DNA of 8,805 nucleotides from Octopus sinensis. Lineage: Eukaryota. A model generated the notes under the pieces. The model did no database searches and was not told the DNA's origin. It was given only the letters and a program-made list of their open reading frames with translations. The stretch is taken from the NCBI RefSeq assembly GCF_006345805.1, contig NW_021828287.1:1-8805 (forward strand), read 5' to 3'. The translations under genes were made by a program, and so were the position numbers. Positions 7,931 to 8,805 of the stretch are shown here, in pieces; within the stretch, counting starts at the first letter, position 1, and every line of letters begins with the position of its first letter.

Positions 7931-7946
7931 CGTCAGCTAAAGCCAT
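7931..7946 (-). CDS. Probable first coding exon segment (MALAD + G, phase 1) of the same gene
   Basis: Minus strand reads TGA CAA ACC ATG GCT TTA GCT GAC G|GTATGA: strong Kozak context (A at -3, G at +4), an in-frame stop just upstream, and a GT donor. Phase 1 matches the 1997 acceptor (G|CT = Ala), giving MALADAIQSLDSLNDQ. The join is inferred; no transcript evidence. Confidence 0.7.
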
Positions 7947-8319
7947 GGTTTGTCAAAATAGAAGATTTCTTTTGAAATTAAAGTGAAATATTTTCAGAAA
8001 TCTGCAACAGTAACACACGACTAAGAGAAGAGCACGTTGTGAAATGAAGCAGTGACGAAAGTAGATGACTGTTGCATTAGCAGACAGCAGTGATGTAAAG
8101 GCATGTTAGAAGGGAACTGTTGAAACACTTGTAAGATAGCTGAGTCTGTCAGAAGCTCCGGCAACAACAACCAGACAGTCAGTCCAAAGAAAAAAGGGTT
8201 TAATCATAGTAAAGGAATGAATGAATCATGCCCAGAAAATCGATATTTCTCACTATTAAACTGAACCTAGAACTCCCCTTGCAAATGTTGGCTGCTTGTA
8301 ATCCCTTTCCTTCCTAATG

Positions 8320-8400
8320 GTAAGAGAGAGCAAGAGAGCGAGAGTGAGGCGAAGGCAGCAGAAAGTAGCACAGACTGACAAATACTGATAAGATGACTAA
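8320..8400 (-). promoter_or_regulatory. Candidate core promoter/TSS region for the minus-strand gene
   Basis: Initiator-like TCAGT at 8388-8384 and 8378-8374 and TTAGT at 8400-8396, followed by a CT-rich tract (about 8350-8320), roughly 430 nt upstream of the ATG. Short motifs only. Confidence 0.3.
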
Positions 8401-8402
8401 AA

Positions 8403-8444
8403 GTGTGTGTGTGTGTGTATGTGTGTGTGTGTGTGTGTGTGTGT
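8403..8444. repeat. (GT)n microsatellite
   Basis: Directly visible, one interruption. Confidence 0.95.
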
Positions 8445-8805
8445 AGGATGATAAATGCATGTGTCCTCTATTATTTTTCTTGGGATCATAAAAACACATT
8501 GTAAACATATTTTTATATTTATTTTTTATTCTTATTTATGTTTTCCCCAAAGTGAGACAGGAATGTTTGATAAATATATATGATCCCAGGAAAAATTGAA
8601 AAATATTACAAGTCCCCAAAATTAATTAGACTTCCTAGGCATACAATTAATTAGGGTAATGAAATAGCAACAACCTTATTAAACATCATCTTAATTACGA
8701 TATTTCCATTTATCCCTCCGTCTACAGGGCTCTGTACAAAGACTAACGTCTATAACCAAAACTTGACTTCATTTACTTTACAGCAATTTCAAGGTTTAAA
8801 TTTGC

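Noticed and set aside
6720-8508. ORFs 6720-6917, 7177-7419 and 8314-8508
   Set aside because: They overlap MITE copies or the (GT)n tract and start from non-ATG or repeat-derived codons.

Overview
AT-rich, repeat-dense eukaryotic genomic DNA. The SINE and MITE families match ones I recall from octopus genomes, so a coleoid cephalopod origin is an inference, not a database result. The window holds the 5' end of a minus-strand spliced gene. A short start exon (ATG at 7946, MALAD+G, GTATGA donor, in-frame TGA three codons upstream) is phase-compatible, across a 5933-bp intron, with a 354-bp symmetric phase-1/1 exon (1997..1644) encoding a coiled-coil region. The joined N-terminus reads MALADAIQSLDSLNDQIVQYIFLPRD...; I do not recognise the gene. 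The rest is transposon-derived or low-complexity DNA: a decayed DD37D (maT) Tc1/mariner element, a non-autonomous Helitron, six tRNA-type SINE copies of two families (one nested in another with a 13-bp TSD, plus an inverted arrangement), a triple piggyBac-type TTAA MITE array with an identical 23-bp spacer, a hAT-type MITE with a perfect 8-bp TSD, a ~70-bp TA-flanked hairpin, and a microsatellite-linked tandem repeat ending in an inverted copy. I see no CRISPR array, rRNA, bona fide tRNA or prokaryote-type system. Apart from the exon ORF at 1636..1977, the supplied ORFs look spurious.
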